A stretch of DNA of 64,000 bases. Source: Promethearchaeota archaeon (GTDB lineage: Archaea > Asgardarchaeota > Lokiarchaeia > Sigyniarchaeales > SOKP01). Location: contig JAEOUA010000003.1 of the NCBI GenBank assembly GCA_016839555.1, positions 32,001-96,000 of the forward strand. The letters are read 5' to 3'. The translations under genes were made by a program, and so were the position numbers. Shown here piece after piece: positions 41,540 to 51,443 of this stretch; position 1 is the first letter of the stretch; each line of letters begins with the position of its first letter. The notes beneath the pieces are model-generated. The model was not told the origin of the DNA and searched no databases. It saw nothing but the letters and a program-made list of their open reading frames with translations.

Positions 41540-42289
41540 TTAAGTTGGTATACGCTTTATTAACCATTTTGGCATTACTAATGAAAAATACGAAAATAGA
41601 ATAAATAAAATTACGAAGATCCAACCAATATAGATAAATATTGAATATCCCGGGTGATCGAAAAATACAATTAATACATTCTCTAATATATTGCACGAAA
41701 AAAAGGCGACCATACATAAAACGGAAAGGGCATACAATAAGAAACCAACTCTGACTTTTTTATCCTCAGCTTCACTCTGAGCTTTCAAACTTATAATTGC
41801 AATTGATAAATAGATTGCCATTGAATATATAGTGAATGATAGGGTAGAAAATATTCTAATACTGACTTCACCAACATAATCTTCTTGTGGAACACCCCAC
41901 CAGTTCCATGGTAATAATAAAATTATGCTTAAAATTATCCCTATGATAATTATGAAGTATATTGCGTTGCCTGATTTCTCAGTTATTTCATTTGTAAATC
42001 TGAATAATAAAATATCTGCTACTATTACGCTTACATAAGCAAGAGGAAATGTCATTCGATAAATTTCTTTAAAATAACCAGTGATGATTGTTTCTAGTAG
42101 TCCAATTGCTAAAAAACTTAATGCAATAATAAGAGAAATAAAAACCAAACCTAAAATAAGCGGTAATTTACTTTTTCTCTCTTTCCATTTATTGAACATC
42201 TTTATTGTGATAAATATACCAAAAGCGATTAGAATAAAATAAACAATCAATAATGCGGGAACCCCGGGATTCATAGGTGTATACGACAT
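41540..42289 (-). CDS. Stand-alone ~7-TM membrane protein
   Basis: About seven hydrophobic helices, C-terminal MPKWL; similar architecture to 271..1008. Confidence 0.75.
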   Translation of the reverse strand: MSYTPMNPGVPALLIVYFILIAFGIFITIKMFNKWKERKSKLPLILGLVFISLIIALSFLAIGLLETIITGYFKEIYRMTFPLAYVSVIVADILLFRFTNEITEKSGNAIYFIIIIGIILSIILLLPWNWWGVPQEDYVGEVSIRIFSTLSFTIYSMAIYLSIAIISLKAQSEAEDKKVRVGFLLYALSVLCMVAFFSCNILENVLIVFFDHPGYSIFIYIGWIFVILFILFSYFSLVMPKWLIKRIPT

Positions 42290-42384
42290 AAAATTAGCTT
42301 TTAAGATTGTAGATTAAATTTAATTATTAATAAATATAAGATTAATATTAATCTTTAACAAATATAAAATTAATCCTATTATTA

Positions 42385-44133
42385 TTGGTAAAAAAAATGA
42401 ACGAGAAAGAAGGAAAAATAAAAATTATTAGAATCAGTGGTTTAATGGTATTCTATTTCATATTATTAGTTACTATATTAGCTTGGATTACATACGGTAC
42501 TTTACAAGGAGTCTTTGGAATGCTTTCTTACCTAATCATCGGTTTAATAAACTTCTATCCATGGATTATTCCGATTATTGGAATCCCTCTTGGTATATTA
42601 AATTTTCTAGGCATAATTGGTCCTGATATGTACAATTTCACCCTTAGCTTAGCACATCTTAATTCTTCTTGGATGTCTATAACTTGGTTTTGGTTTATTT
42701 TAGTAATTGGGAATATTATAGATATAATACTAACGCTCTTAATTATATTAAGAGTAGTCGAATTAATAACCGGGAAAAAAGAACCAAAAACGGATTATGC
42801 TTTGATTAATTGTACGATAATAGATGGGGATAAAAATAGTAAAACTATCAATAATGGAGTAATTTTAATAAAAAACATAGTGGATGAGGAAACTGATGAA
42901 TTACCAGGGAAAATTGTTGCTGTCGGTCAAAAAGAGGATATAGAAGTTCCTGAAAATTATAAAACAATTGATTTAAAAGGAAAATATATATTACCTGGAT
43001 TGATAAATGCTCATTGTCACTTAACCGGAAGCGGAAAGCCTACCTTTTTAATGAAATTAAGCGATAAATGGTTGAATAGATTTATAAGGATCCTCGGAAC
43101 TCCATTAGGAATGATTCTACTGAAATCAATGATGAAAAAGAATGCATTAAATGCATTAAATGCCGGAATAACAACAATGAAAACGATGAGTGATCCAATT
43201 TATATGGATCTTAAGGTGAGAGATGATATAAATGAAGGAAAATATCTCGGACCACGATTGATATGTGCTGGGAAAGGTATTTGTATCACTGGAGGTCATG
43301 GGGGCGTTATGGCTTACATAGCAGATTCTATACCTGAAATTAGGAAAGCAGTAAGACAGAATCTTCGAGAAGGAGTGGATTTCATTAAGATATTAAGTAC
43401 GGGAGGGGTAATGGATGCTGAAAAAATTGGAGAAGCAGGACGCCCTCAAATGACAATTGAAGAGATTAAAAATGCCTGTTTCGAAGGACATAGAGGAAAT
43501 CTTTTAGTCGCAACTCATTGTGAATCCACCAAAGGAATAGAAGAAGCATTGGAGGGAGGAGTGGATTCAATTGAACATGGTGCAGCAATACTCGATGAAT
43601 TAATTCCATTATTTAAAGATAATCCAAATTCATTAAGAGGGTATACTTATTTAACCCCTACTATCTCAGCTGGAATGGGATTGGCAGCGCTGCCAAAGGA
43701 GGAAACCAAGATCACAGATATAAAAAAGCAAAACGCGGTTCTTATTGAGAAAGGAATGATTCAGGGTCTGCAGAAGGCATATCAATCAGGAATCAGATTT
43801 GGAGTAGGAACAGATGCTTCAGTTCCCTATTCTTTACATTATGAGGTATGGAAGGAATTATATTATTTTACTAAATATACTGGAATGTCTAATCAAGAAG
43901 CTATTTATTATGGAACAAAAAATAATGCTGAACTTCTGGGGATTGATGATGAAACGGGCAGCGTGGAAGAAGGCAAATTCGCAGATCTGATTGTCTTGAA
44001 AAAAGATCCATTGGAAGAGATTGAAGCATTAGCTGACGTTGATCACGTTTTCATTAAAGGGTATTTTATTAAAAATCCGAAGGTAAAGAAGATAAAAGGC
44101 TTAGAAGAATTCGAGCCAATAGAAATTCAATAA
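42385..44133 (+). CDS. Amidohydrolase (prolidase-like subgroup) with N-terminal membrane domain
   Basis: About 120 hydrophobic N-terminal residues; PGLINAHCH, IKILSTGG, ATHC, SIEHG, GTDA, GKFADL. Confidence 0.88.
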   Translation: MVKKMNEKEGKIKIIRISGLMVFYFILLVTILAWITYGTLQGVFGMLSYLIIGLINFYPWIIPIIGIPLGILNFLGIIGPDMYNFTLSLAHLNSSWMSITWFWFILVIGNIIDIILTLLIILRVVELITGKKEPKTDYALINCTIIDGDKNSKTINNGVILIKNIVDEETDELPGKIVAVGQKEDIEVPENYKTIDLKGKYILPGLINAHCHLTGSGKPTFLMKLSDKWLNRFIRILGTPLGMILLKSMMKKNALNALNAGITTMKTMSDPIYMDLKVRDDINEGKYLGPRLICAGKGICITGGHGGVMAYIADSIPEIRKAVRQNLREGVDFIKILSTGGVMDAEKIGEAGRPQMTIEEIKNACFEGHRGNLLVATHCESTKGIEEALEGGVDSIEHGAAILDELIPLFKDNPNSLRGYTYLTPTISAGMGLAALPKEETKITDIKKQNAVLIEKGMIQGLQKAYQSGIRFGVGTDASVPYSLHYEVWKELYYFTKYTGMSNQEAIYYGTKNNAELLGIDDETGSVEEGKFADLIVLKKDPLEEIEALADVDHVFIKGYFIKNPKVKKIKGLEEFEPIEIQ

Positions 44134-44203
44134 ATCTAAGGGTTTCAAAATACAATAATTGGTCTAATAATCACTTAAAAGTAATTATATCTATTAAAGA
44201 TTT

Positions 44204-44923
44204 ATGAATGAGGTAGATTCTAACAAGGAATATGAGAAATTTTATTTAAATCCAAAATTCCAATTAATAACAACCTATATTTGGTTTTTTATAGGAGCCC
44301 TTATAGTTATTTTAATCTTTATAATACTTTCCGGATTTAATATTAGCGTGGCTATGAGTACTATACAAAATAATCCGCATCTCTATATTTTCATAGAATT
44401 TTCTTCCGTCGGGTTATTGCCAATTATATATGTTCTTGTTTCAAAAGATAGAATTTCTAAATATGGTGTTAATGCAGAAAATCTGGTAAAATCAATTTCC
44501 ATTTCATTTCTAATGGTTCTAATATATTTTCTCTTAGGATATCTTATAAATGGCAAAATAATGACCTATGAACCATATGATTTCAATTTAGAATTACCGT
44601 GGAATTTATTTTTTGGAATAGGGGGAATTATTGTATGGGGGCTACTTGAGGCTTTTTTCTTTATTTGGCTTATTGATAAAACAAATGATGCCTTTTTTTT
44701 CGAAGATAAAAAGTTAATAGTAAGTGCATTAATTACATCATTGATATTTGGTGTTTTATTACATCTTATTACGACAAGTGTATATAATGCGATCTATACA
44801 GGAATAATATTTCTCCTATTAAGTCTAATTTATGTGTATACAAAAAATTCCATAGGTCCAATAATCGCCTGGACTCTCTTAAATGGGCAAGTGTGGTTCA
44901 TAGGACAAATGATATTTGTCTAA
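44204..44923 (+). CDS. CPBP (CAAX protease)-like membrane protein with degenerate motifs
   Basis: GLLEAFFF, IFGVLLH, TKNSIGPIIAWTLLN correspond to EExxxR, FxxxH, HxxxN. Confidence 0.65.
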   Translation: MNEVDSNKEYEKFYLNPKFQLITTYIWFFIGALIVILIFIILSGFNISVAMSTIQNNPHLYIFIEFSSVGLLPIIYVLVSKDRISKYGVNAENLVKSISISFLMVLIYFLLGYLINGKIMTYEPYDFNLELPWNLFFGIGGIIVWGLLEAFFFIWLIDKTNDAFFFEDKKLIVSALITSLIFGVLLHLITTSVYNAIYTGIIFLLLSLIYVYTKNSIGPIIAWTLLNGQVWFIGQMIFV

Positions 44924-44982
44924 ATTATATAAAAATTTGAAAGATATATTTTATAATTTTTAATATATGGTTCTTAAGGTTT

Positions 44983-45849
44983 TTAAATGATATTAAAGGA
45001 CTTTAATAGTTTTTGAGCATTTTTAATAAATATTCCTTCCTTAAAACTTTCAGGGATTGGTAATTTTTCAATCGCGGGAATTATTTGATTCCAATGAGTT
45101 AAAGGATGGTCAGATGCGAATAAAACTTTATTATCTACGTTATAATCCATATACGCATCCCATGGAAAATATTGATAGAGAGCGGGATGAGCAGAAATAT
45201 CTACATAGACATTAGGATGCCTTGAAACAACGGAAAAGGTATCCCAGAACCATGGTGTTCCCATATGACCAAGAATAATTGTTAAATCAGGATATCGCAT
45301 TGCTAAATCATCGATCCGCATAGGATGACCATATTTCGCCTCTGAACCCGCTGTTGAAACCTGATGTCCGGCGTGTATCCATAATGGAATATTTAAATCA
45401 TTAATTTTTTTCCAAATAGGATTATATATTGGATCTTTTAAGTCAAATTTTTGGACTGGAGGAACCAGTTTAATTCCTTTTAATTCTAATGAACTTATGG
45501 CATAATCAAGCTGGTCAAGCGCATCTGGAGCCGGAGGATCTATTCCCGCAAATCCAATAAATCGATTAGGATACATTTCAACAAATTTTGCGATATCATC
45601 ATTAGTAACAAGAATAATATCATAGGCAGTTTTAACATTCATAGAGACGATAACTGCTTTTTCAATTTCAAACTGATCCATTAGTTCAATATAATTATGA
45701 ATAGAAAATTTTGTCGCAACATTTTGCAACATTACTTTCATTCTCTTTTTTCTTTTGGGATCGAGCCCCCACATCGCTTCAGCTACTTTACCTAGGTCCT
45801 CCCAAGTGGCTTCCTTACAAAACGGATGGATATGAACATCTATTTTCAT
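44983..45849 (-). CDS. Amidohydrolase_2 family metal-dependent hydrolase
   Basis: IDVHIH, GIKL, IHAG, LGHMG, FASDHP. Confidence 0.9.
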   Translation of the reverse strand: MKIDVHIHPFCKEATWEDLGKVAEAMWGLDPKRKKRMKVMLQNVATKFSIHNYIELMDQFEIEKAVIVSMNVKTAYDIILVTNDDIAKFVEMYPNRFIGFAGIDPPAPDALDQLDYAISSLELKGIKLVPPVQKFDLKDPIYNPIWKKINDLNIPLWIHAGHQVSTAGSEAKYGHPMRIDDLAMRYPDLTIILGHMGTPWFWDTFSVVSRHPNVYVDISAHPALYQYFPWDAYMDYNVDNKVLFASDHPLTHWNQIIPAIEKLPIPESFKEGIFIKNAQKLLKSFNII

Positions 45850-45995
45850 TTTTAAATATTACCGATTTTATTAGATATGTTTAATTTAGTATAAAATAAA
45901 ATTTTATTCATTTTTAAATTCATTATTATCAATTTTTCAGAGAAATTAGATCTCATTTGGAAATCTTTTGAGGAGGATTTTAACCCTTGTATAAT

Positions 45996-47342
45996 TTATG
46001 AAAAATATAAAAAGTCATCCAAGGTTTTCTGTTTCCTAATAAAATTAATCAATTTACTATTGTGTTGCCATTGCTCTGGGTTAACAAGAAAATCTTTACT
46101 TAAATTATCAATAGCATCATTGAAATTATCTAAAACTTGAGGTTTTGAAGATTCCATGGCATTTTTAACCGTTTCACGAATAACCCAAACTCCAAGTGGA
46201 ACTATATATCCAGAAGAAACTTCTCGAAAAATTATAATTCTCGCCTGTCTATGTATTTGATAAAGGTATTCACAAACAGACTTGCGGGCTGCATAATAAG
46301 CTCCTGTTATATTACTCGCATAGGATTTTCTCCCTTGATAAAATTCAAAATCAGTTAAAATCTGAGGTTTATAGTCACTAATCTCTGCTTTAGGAGTTGG
46401 ATTCCATAAGGAATTTGGAGCCCAGACTTCATTCATCTCGAAGGTAAATTTTCCCGGAAATAATAAAATCTTGAAATGATTATCTAAATAAGCTGCTTCA
46501 AAAATTTTGAATTCACTAATCTCAGGAAATTTCTTTATTTCTTCAATTAATCGTTTTGAAGTAATATCATCAACCGCGGTGATTGTCCAACGCGTGGGTA
46601 CGAGTTTTCTTCTCCTTTTCTCCCCTAAAAGTCCCGCCGAGAAAACTCTCTGAATTGTCGATAAAGGAACATTTCCATCCATGTATAAATAATCTCCAAT
46701 GGCATCTTGGGCTTTTAGATCGGTATCAGATACACAGTATTCCACTTTTGGATCTACTTTCACATTTTCGGTAATTTCTATTTTATCGGTATATCCACTT
46801 GGACCCATTGGCAGCGAATGAGTATCAAACATCATCCTTAAACTTAATTTTTCAAACTTGGTTTCTGTATCAGTTGGATGAGCAGCCATAGACAGTAATT
46901 GAGAATTTTCTAATAATCGCTGGGTTTTTAATGGTGGTTTATTTTTTAAGGTTTGCTGTCCGACTTTCACATTTATCTTAAAATTACTTCTTACAAGGCT
47001 GCTTCGATAAGTCATTACTTTTGTAAGACTTTTACCAAACCATAACTCAGGAGCATCTAAAATGTGATATTTTTCTTTTGGAAAATTCATATTTTTAGAA
47101 AATGTCGAGAAGGGGATAAGAGGTCCAACGGCGACTTTTGGATAATTAAACCTTCCAACAAAAAATCCGGGAGGGCTAGCTCCGAAAATATCAATATTTC
47201 TTAAAGATTTTCCCACATCAAATGGAATAATTGATTTTAATACCGATTTCTTTAATAAAATTGGGCAGGTTTTTTTTCCGCAGAGAAGTTTTGCGCCCTT
47301 ACAGCGCACGCACAGATTTTTTTCTGTTGGAGGTCTGACCAA
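45996..47342 (-). CDS. nreA: Nre-family DNA repair protein with C-terminal PIP box
   Basis: CVRCKGAKLLCGKKTCP, SPPGFFVG, LVPTRWTITAVD, PLGVWVIRE, QKTLDDF. Confidence 0.92.
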   Translation of the reverse strand: MVRPPTEKNLCVRCKGAKLLCGKKTCPILLKKSVLKSIIPFDVGKSLRNIDIFGASPPGFFVGRFNYPKVAVGPLIPFSTFSKNMNFPKEKYHILDAPELWFGKSLTKVMTYRSSLVRSNFKINVKVGQQTLKNKPPLKTQRLLENSQLLSMAAHPTDTETKFEKLSLRMMFDTHSLPMGPSGYTDKIEITENVKVDPKVEYCVSDTDLKAQDAIGDYLYMDGNVPLSTIQRVFSAGLLGEKRRRKLVPTRWTITAVDDITSKRLIEEIKKFPEISEFKIFEAAYLDNHFKILLFPGKFTFEMNEVWAPNSLWNPTPKAEISDYKPQILTDFEFYQGRKSYASNITGAYYAARKSVCEYLYQIHRQARIIIFREVSSGYIVPLGVWVIRETVKNAMESSKPQVLDNFNDAIDNLSKDFLVNPEQWQHNSKLINFIRKQKTLDDFLYFS

Positions 47343-47493
47343 TTTTATTCTATCATCTCGATTTATTCTTTTAAATATGAATTTATTCTATCCCTAAGAA
47401 AATAAAAGAACTTATTTAAAAAAAATTATCAATTAAAAAATATAACCCTCAAAAAATGATTAATATCTTTTTATTTATAAGAAATTCAAGTGT

Positions 47494-48609
47494 TTATGTT
47501 TGAGATAAGAGATCAATCAAAGCACGTGGGATTTCAAGATAAGTTTCTACAGCAAAAAATTTACCACCACCTGCTTTAGCAATCTCTTTACACGTTTGGA
47601 TGCCCATATCAGCATCATTTTCGGGAGGCATCCCGATTACATGTAATTTCGGATATTTTTTAGCTATCTCCAGTGGATCATCCCCCCGATTGTAATTTCC
47701 ATCTGATATTAATATCCCAAATTCATTTTGTCTCTTACTTTTTAATCTCTTTAATTCTTTCAACCCCTTTTCAAGCCCAATAGAAATATTGGTAAATCCT
47801 ACGGCTTCAGAATCCAAAATCTCATCGATTATATTAGTGATGAGTTTATCTTCTGCCATTTTTTTTAAAACCATAGCTGTGGAGTTGAATAATATGATAG
47901 CATAATCCTCTTTTTCTAGATGATATGATAAAACAGAAGCGGTTAAGGCTGCGTTTAATAACAATCGGCCGTACATACTCCCACTTGTATCAAGAATTAA
48001 GGCAACCTTTCTTTTTTCTCGCTCTCTTTTTATTCCGTAAATATCTTTATAAGATAAGGTTTCATTATGAATTTTTAGTGGATTATGTTGGATTGTTTCA
48101 TCCAAATCAAATGAAACCATTCCCAAATGATAATAAGGTACAATTTTTCTTTTATATCCCTTAATTCCCCGACTAGTGATTTTATATGAAGTTTTTAAAA
48201 CACTTTGGCGTGCTAATCTTCTGAAAATTTTTTTATATTTTTCTGAGATTGGGCGCCTAATGAAAAAATATACTTCTGGCATAAAATCTGGAGATTCTTT
48301 TGCTTTTTCAGAGAAAAATTTCACGGCTTCTTCGCAATCAAGAGCATCAGAAGCCGCGTACACATTAGATTTTAATAATCCTCGGATAGCCTCGAGGTTT
48401 TTATATTGAATGGCTAAATAGGTTAATTCTTTAATCTGTTTATAATCAAGCGAATGGGCTAAATGTTGATAATAATCTGGTTTTTTCTTTCTCTTGCGTA
48501 TGATTTCATATTCTAATATCTTTTTATCGTCTGGAAGGTCAGTAAGCCTTACATGAAGCCGTTTATTTGTCTCCTCCTCTTCGGATTCTTCCTTAGAGAA
48601 ATCATCGAT
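47494..48609 (-). CDS. vWA-domain protein, MoxR partner; 5' end lacks a canonical start
   Basis: MIDAS DTSGSM, T, SDG; frame stays open 87 codons upstream of the called GTG (to 48624) with no ATG/GTG/TTG; ATC at 48609-48607 overlaps the MoxR stop. Confidence 0.85.
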   Translation of the reverse strand: MDDFSKEESEEEETNKRLHVRLTDLPDDKKILEYEIIRKRKKKPDYYQHLAHSLDYKQIKELTYLAIQYKNLEAIRGLLKSNVYAASDALDCEEAVKFFSEKAKESPDFMPEVYFFIRRPISEKYKKIFRRLARQSVLKTSYKITSRGIKGYKRKIVPYYHLGMVSFDLDETIQHNPLKIHNETLSYKDIYGIKREREKRKVALILDTSGSMYGRLLLNAALTASVLSYHLEKEDYAIILFNSTAMVLKKMAEDKLITNIIDEILDSEAVGFTNISIGLEKGLKELKRLKSKRQNEFGILISDGNYNRGDDPLEIAKKYPKLHVIGMPPENDADMGIQTCKEIAKAGGGKFFAVETYLEIPRALIDLLSQT

Positions 48610-49490
48610 TACTGAAAATTCGAATCATTGAGCACCGCTAATACAATATCGGAAATTAATTCTTTTTTTGTTTTTGAGATTCCATCTTCGATTTCGATTT
48701 TATTATAGAGCGCCATAATCGCGGTTTTGATCCATTTTTTTGTACTTCTTGAATTATTATATTGGTTCATTAATGCAGCTAAGTCAATTCCTCCTCTAAT
48801 TGAACTGCCTCTTCTAATTGAAGTACTCTCTCGTGTTTTTTGTATTATACGCTGGGAAAGTTCCGCTAATTTTTGAGCTTGTTTGTCTTTCAATTTAGCA
48901 TCTTGAATTATTATTTGCTTTTCTTCTTCAGGGCTCTGATAATCTAAATGGATCCATACAAATCTGTCCAATATGGCCTCGCCCAAAACAGTTACTCCGA
49001 TATGTGCAGAAGGATTAAGCGTTGCAATGGTAAAAAAATTTTCAGCTGCCTGAATTGTTTTTAATTTTGGAATTTCCAATATTTTTTCATCTAAAGCTGT
49101 TAATAAAGCATTTTGAGTAATTTCGGGCATACGATTAATTTCATTAATAAAAAGACAACCTCCTTTAAGCATTGCAGATGCCAGTGGACCATAGATATAG
49201 GTATCTTCTTTATATCCTTTAGATATGACTAAAGGAGGATCCCAATAGCCGACTAAATTATGTGTTAAGGTGTCTTCACTGCAATCAATGCGATAAAAAT
49301 TTGTATCAAAATAGGAGGCAACTGCTTTCGCAAGTGTCGTTTTTCCCACTCCCACCTCCCCTTCTATAAGTATATTTTTACCGACTGAATGTGCCAAAAT
49401 AATTTGTTTTAATTCTTCGGTTCTTCCAACTACATGATAATTTTGTTGAATTTCTCTAACAGCTTCATTAATATTTATCATACTATCCAC
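48609..49490 (-). CDS. MoxR-family AAA+ ATPase
   Basis: EGEVGVGKT, FINEINR, QNALL, ATLNP, LDRF, SIRG. Confidence 0.92.
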   Translation of the reverse strand: MDSMININEAVREIQQNYHVVGRTEELKQIILAHSVGKNILIEGEVGVGKTTLAKAVASYFDTNFYRIDCSEDTLTHNLVGYWDPPLVISKGYKEDTYIYGPLASAMLKGGCLFINEINRMPEITQNALLTALDEKILEIPKLKTIQAAENFFTIATLNPSAHIGVTVLGEAILDRFVWIHLDYQSPEEEKQIIIQDAKLKDKQAQKLAELSQRIIQKTRESTSIRRGSSIRGGIDLAALMNQYNNSRSTKKWIKTAIMALYNKIEIEDGISKTKKELISDIVLAVLNDSNFQ

Positions 49491-49600
49491 AAATAATAAA
49501 ATGATTCTTTTAAAAAAAATAAATTCAAATCTTTTAATTACTAATGAGATTTTTCAAACCTAAATTGTACTAAAATGACTTAAATAAAGTGTATAGATTT

Positions 49601-50851
49601 TTATTTAGGAAATAATTTTACCATAACTTTTTCTCCCGCTTTTAATCCTTCTCTTTCTTTGGAAATTTCTACTATTCCATCGGATTCTGTGAGGGAACTA
49701 AGGATTCCAGAACCTTTTAATCTAACGGATTTTGCGATAAATTTATCTTCTTTTTTTTCCAAATATACTCGCAAATGATGAAGATATCCCATATGCGAGA
49801 CGGGAATATCTTTTTGAATAATTGCTTGCAACTCTTGCCTTGGATCGAGTTTTATTGCATCCATCATTTTTAGGATTGCAGGGCCAGCAAATTTTAAGAA
49901 ACATACATAAGCTGCTACTGGTGTGCCTGGCAGACAGAAAATTAACGTGTTATTTTTTAAAGCAATCAAGAGTGGTGACCCGGGTCTCATTGCGATTCCA
50001 TGAGCTAAAATAGTAGCATGTTCGCTTACCACTTCTGGTAAATAATCTTTCGTCCCAACAGAAGTCCCTCCAGTAAAAATCACAATATCTGAATCTTTAA
50101 TACTATTTAAGAGATTTTTTTGAATAAGAGCTTTATCATCTTTTAATGTAGATTCTAGAATTACATAACCACCATATGTATTCACCAAATTAGAAATCAT
50201 AGGGGTATTAGAATTATAAATTTGATTTTTTCCTAAGGGCTGTCCAAGTTCTATTAGCTCATCACCAGTCGCAAATACACTCACTTTAGGCTTTTTTCTT
50301 ACAAAGACGGTTTCTATACCTTGTGAACTAATGAGGGCAATATGTTCCGCTCTTAGTTCTGTTCCTTTTTTAACAATAATTTCATCTTTTTTAATATCTT
50401 CTCCTTGCTTAGAAACATTTTTGCCTGGAGTAACAGGGTTATAGAGTATAATTTTATTATTTTTTTTTTCAGTATCTTCAATTTTAATAACGGCATTTGC
50501 ACCTTCTGGTAATGCTGCTCCTGTTGAAATCCGAATAGCCTCTCCTTTATGAATAGATAAAGGAGACACTTCTCCTATTTCAATTTTACCTATTTTTTCC
50601 ACAATCTTAGGATTATTAGGGGATGCTCCAAAAGTATCCTCGGCAATAACCGCATAGCCATCCATCGCAGATCTATTAAAACTTGGAACATCGATTTTAC
50701 TCCTTATTGCCTCCGCTGTAATCCGCCTTAGAGCATTATTAACTTTGATTTCCTCAGTTTGAGTAAAATTTAGAGTAGAAAACATTCTTTCAGTAGCATC
50801 TTCAACGGACGTTAATTTTGAAAACCCAATCTTTCTTAATCTGTCTATCAT
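49601..50851 (-). CDS. moeA: Molybdopterin molybdotransferase MoeA (paralog 1)
   Basis: SAMDGYAV, ISTGA, TGDEL, GGTSVG, LPGTP. Confidence 0.93.
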   Translation of the reverse strand: MIDRLRKIGFSKLTSVEDATERMFSTLNFTQTEEIKVNNALRRITAEAIRSKIDVPSFNRSAMDGYAVIAEDTFGASPNNPKIVEKIGKIEIGEVSPLSIHKGEAIRISTGAALPEGANAVIKIEDTEKKNNKIILYNPVTPGKNVSKQGEDIKKDEIIVKKGTELRAEHIALISSQGIETVFVRKKPKVSVFATGDELIELGQPLGKNQIYNSNTPMISNLVNTYGGYVILESTLKDDKALIQKNLLNSIKDSDIVIFTGGTSVGTKDYLPEVVSEHATILAHGIAMRPGSPLLIALKNNTLIFCLPGTPVAAYVCFLKFAGPAILKMMDAIKLDPRQELQAIIQKDIPVSHMGYLHHLRVYLEKKEDKFIAKSVRLKGSGILSSLTESDGIVEISKEREGLKAGEKVMVKLFPK

Positions 50852-50856
50852 AGTAA

Positions 50857-51399
50857 TTATTCTGTTTTATTGATAATATAACTCGTATGAGCTAATTCGG
50901 GTAATATTAATTCTATTAAGGCTAATTTCACAGCATTTGGTGAACCTGGTATTAAAAATAACGCTTTATTGCCAATTTTTCCCCCAATTGCTCTTGAGAG
51001 CATCGCCGCCGAGCCAATTTCTTTATATGAAAGATAACGAAATAATTCTCCAAACCCTGGTATTATTTTTTCTAATTTAGGTTTCACTGTTTCATAAGTA
51101 ATATCTTTTGGGGATAAACCAGTTCCCCCACTGAATATAATTGCATCTATAGTTGGAATACTTAAACATTCTCTCAAGGTTAGTTCTATATGGTCAATTG
51201 AATCAGGAATTATTTTTGTAAAATTCAGATAAATATTTGATTTATTTTCTAATATTTCTCTGACCAATGGGATTGTTTTATCTGAAGTTTTTTTGCTACT
51301 TTGTAATTCTTCAAATCGAGAGGTACTTACTACTATAAATGCGATTTTAAGTTCTTTTTTTTGGTTTGCTTCTTGTTTATGTTCTTCATATACTTTCAA
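50857..51399 (-). CDS. moaB: Molybdopterin adenylyltransferase MoaB/MogA
   Basis: SGGTGLSPKDITYE, PGFGELFR, AMLSRA, PGSPNAV. Confidence 0.92.
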   Translation of the reverse strand: MKVYEEHKQEANQKKELKIAFIVVSTSRFEELQSSKKTSDKTIPLVREILENKSNIYLNFTKIIPDSIDHIELTLRECLSIPTIDAIIFSGGTGLSPKDITYETVKPKLEKIIPGFGELFRYLSYKEIGSAAMLSRAIGGKIGNKALFLIPGSPNAVKLALIELILPELAHTSYIINKTE

Positions 51400-51443
51400 A
51401 TTCTATATAACTCCTTTAATATAAGTTTTAAAACATTTCGGTA

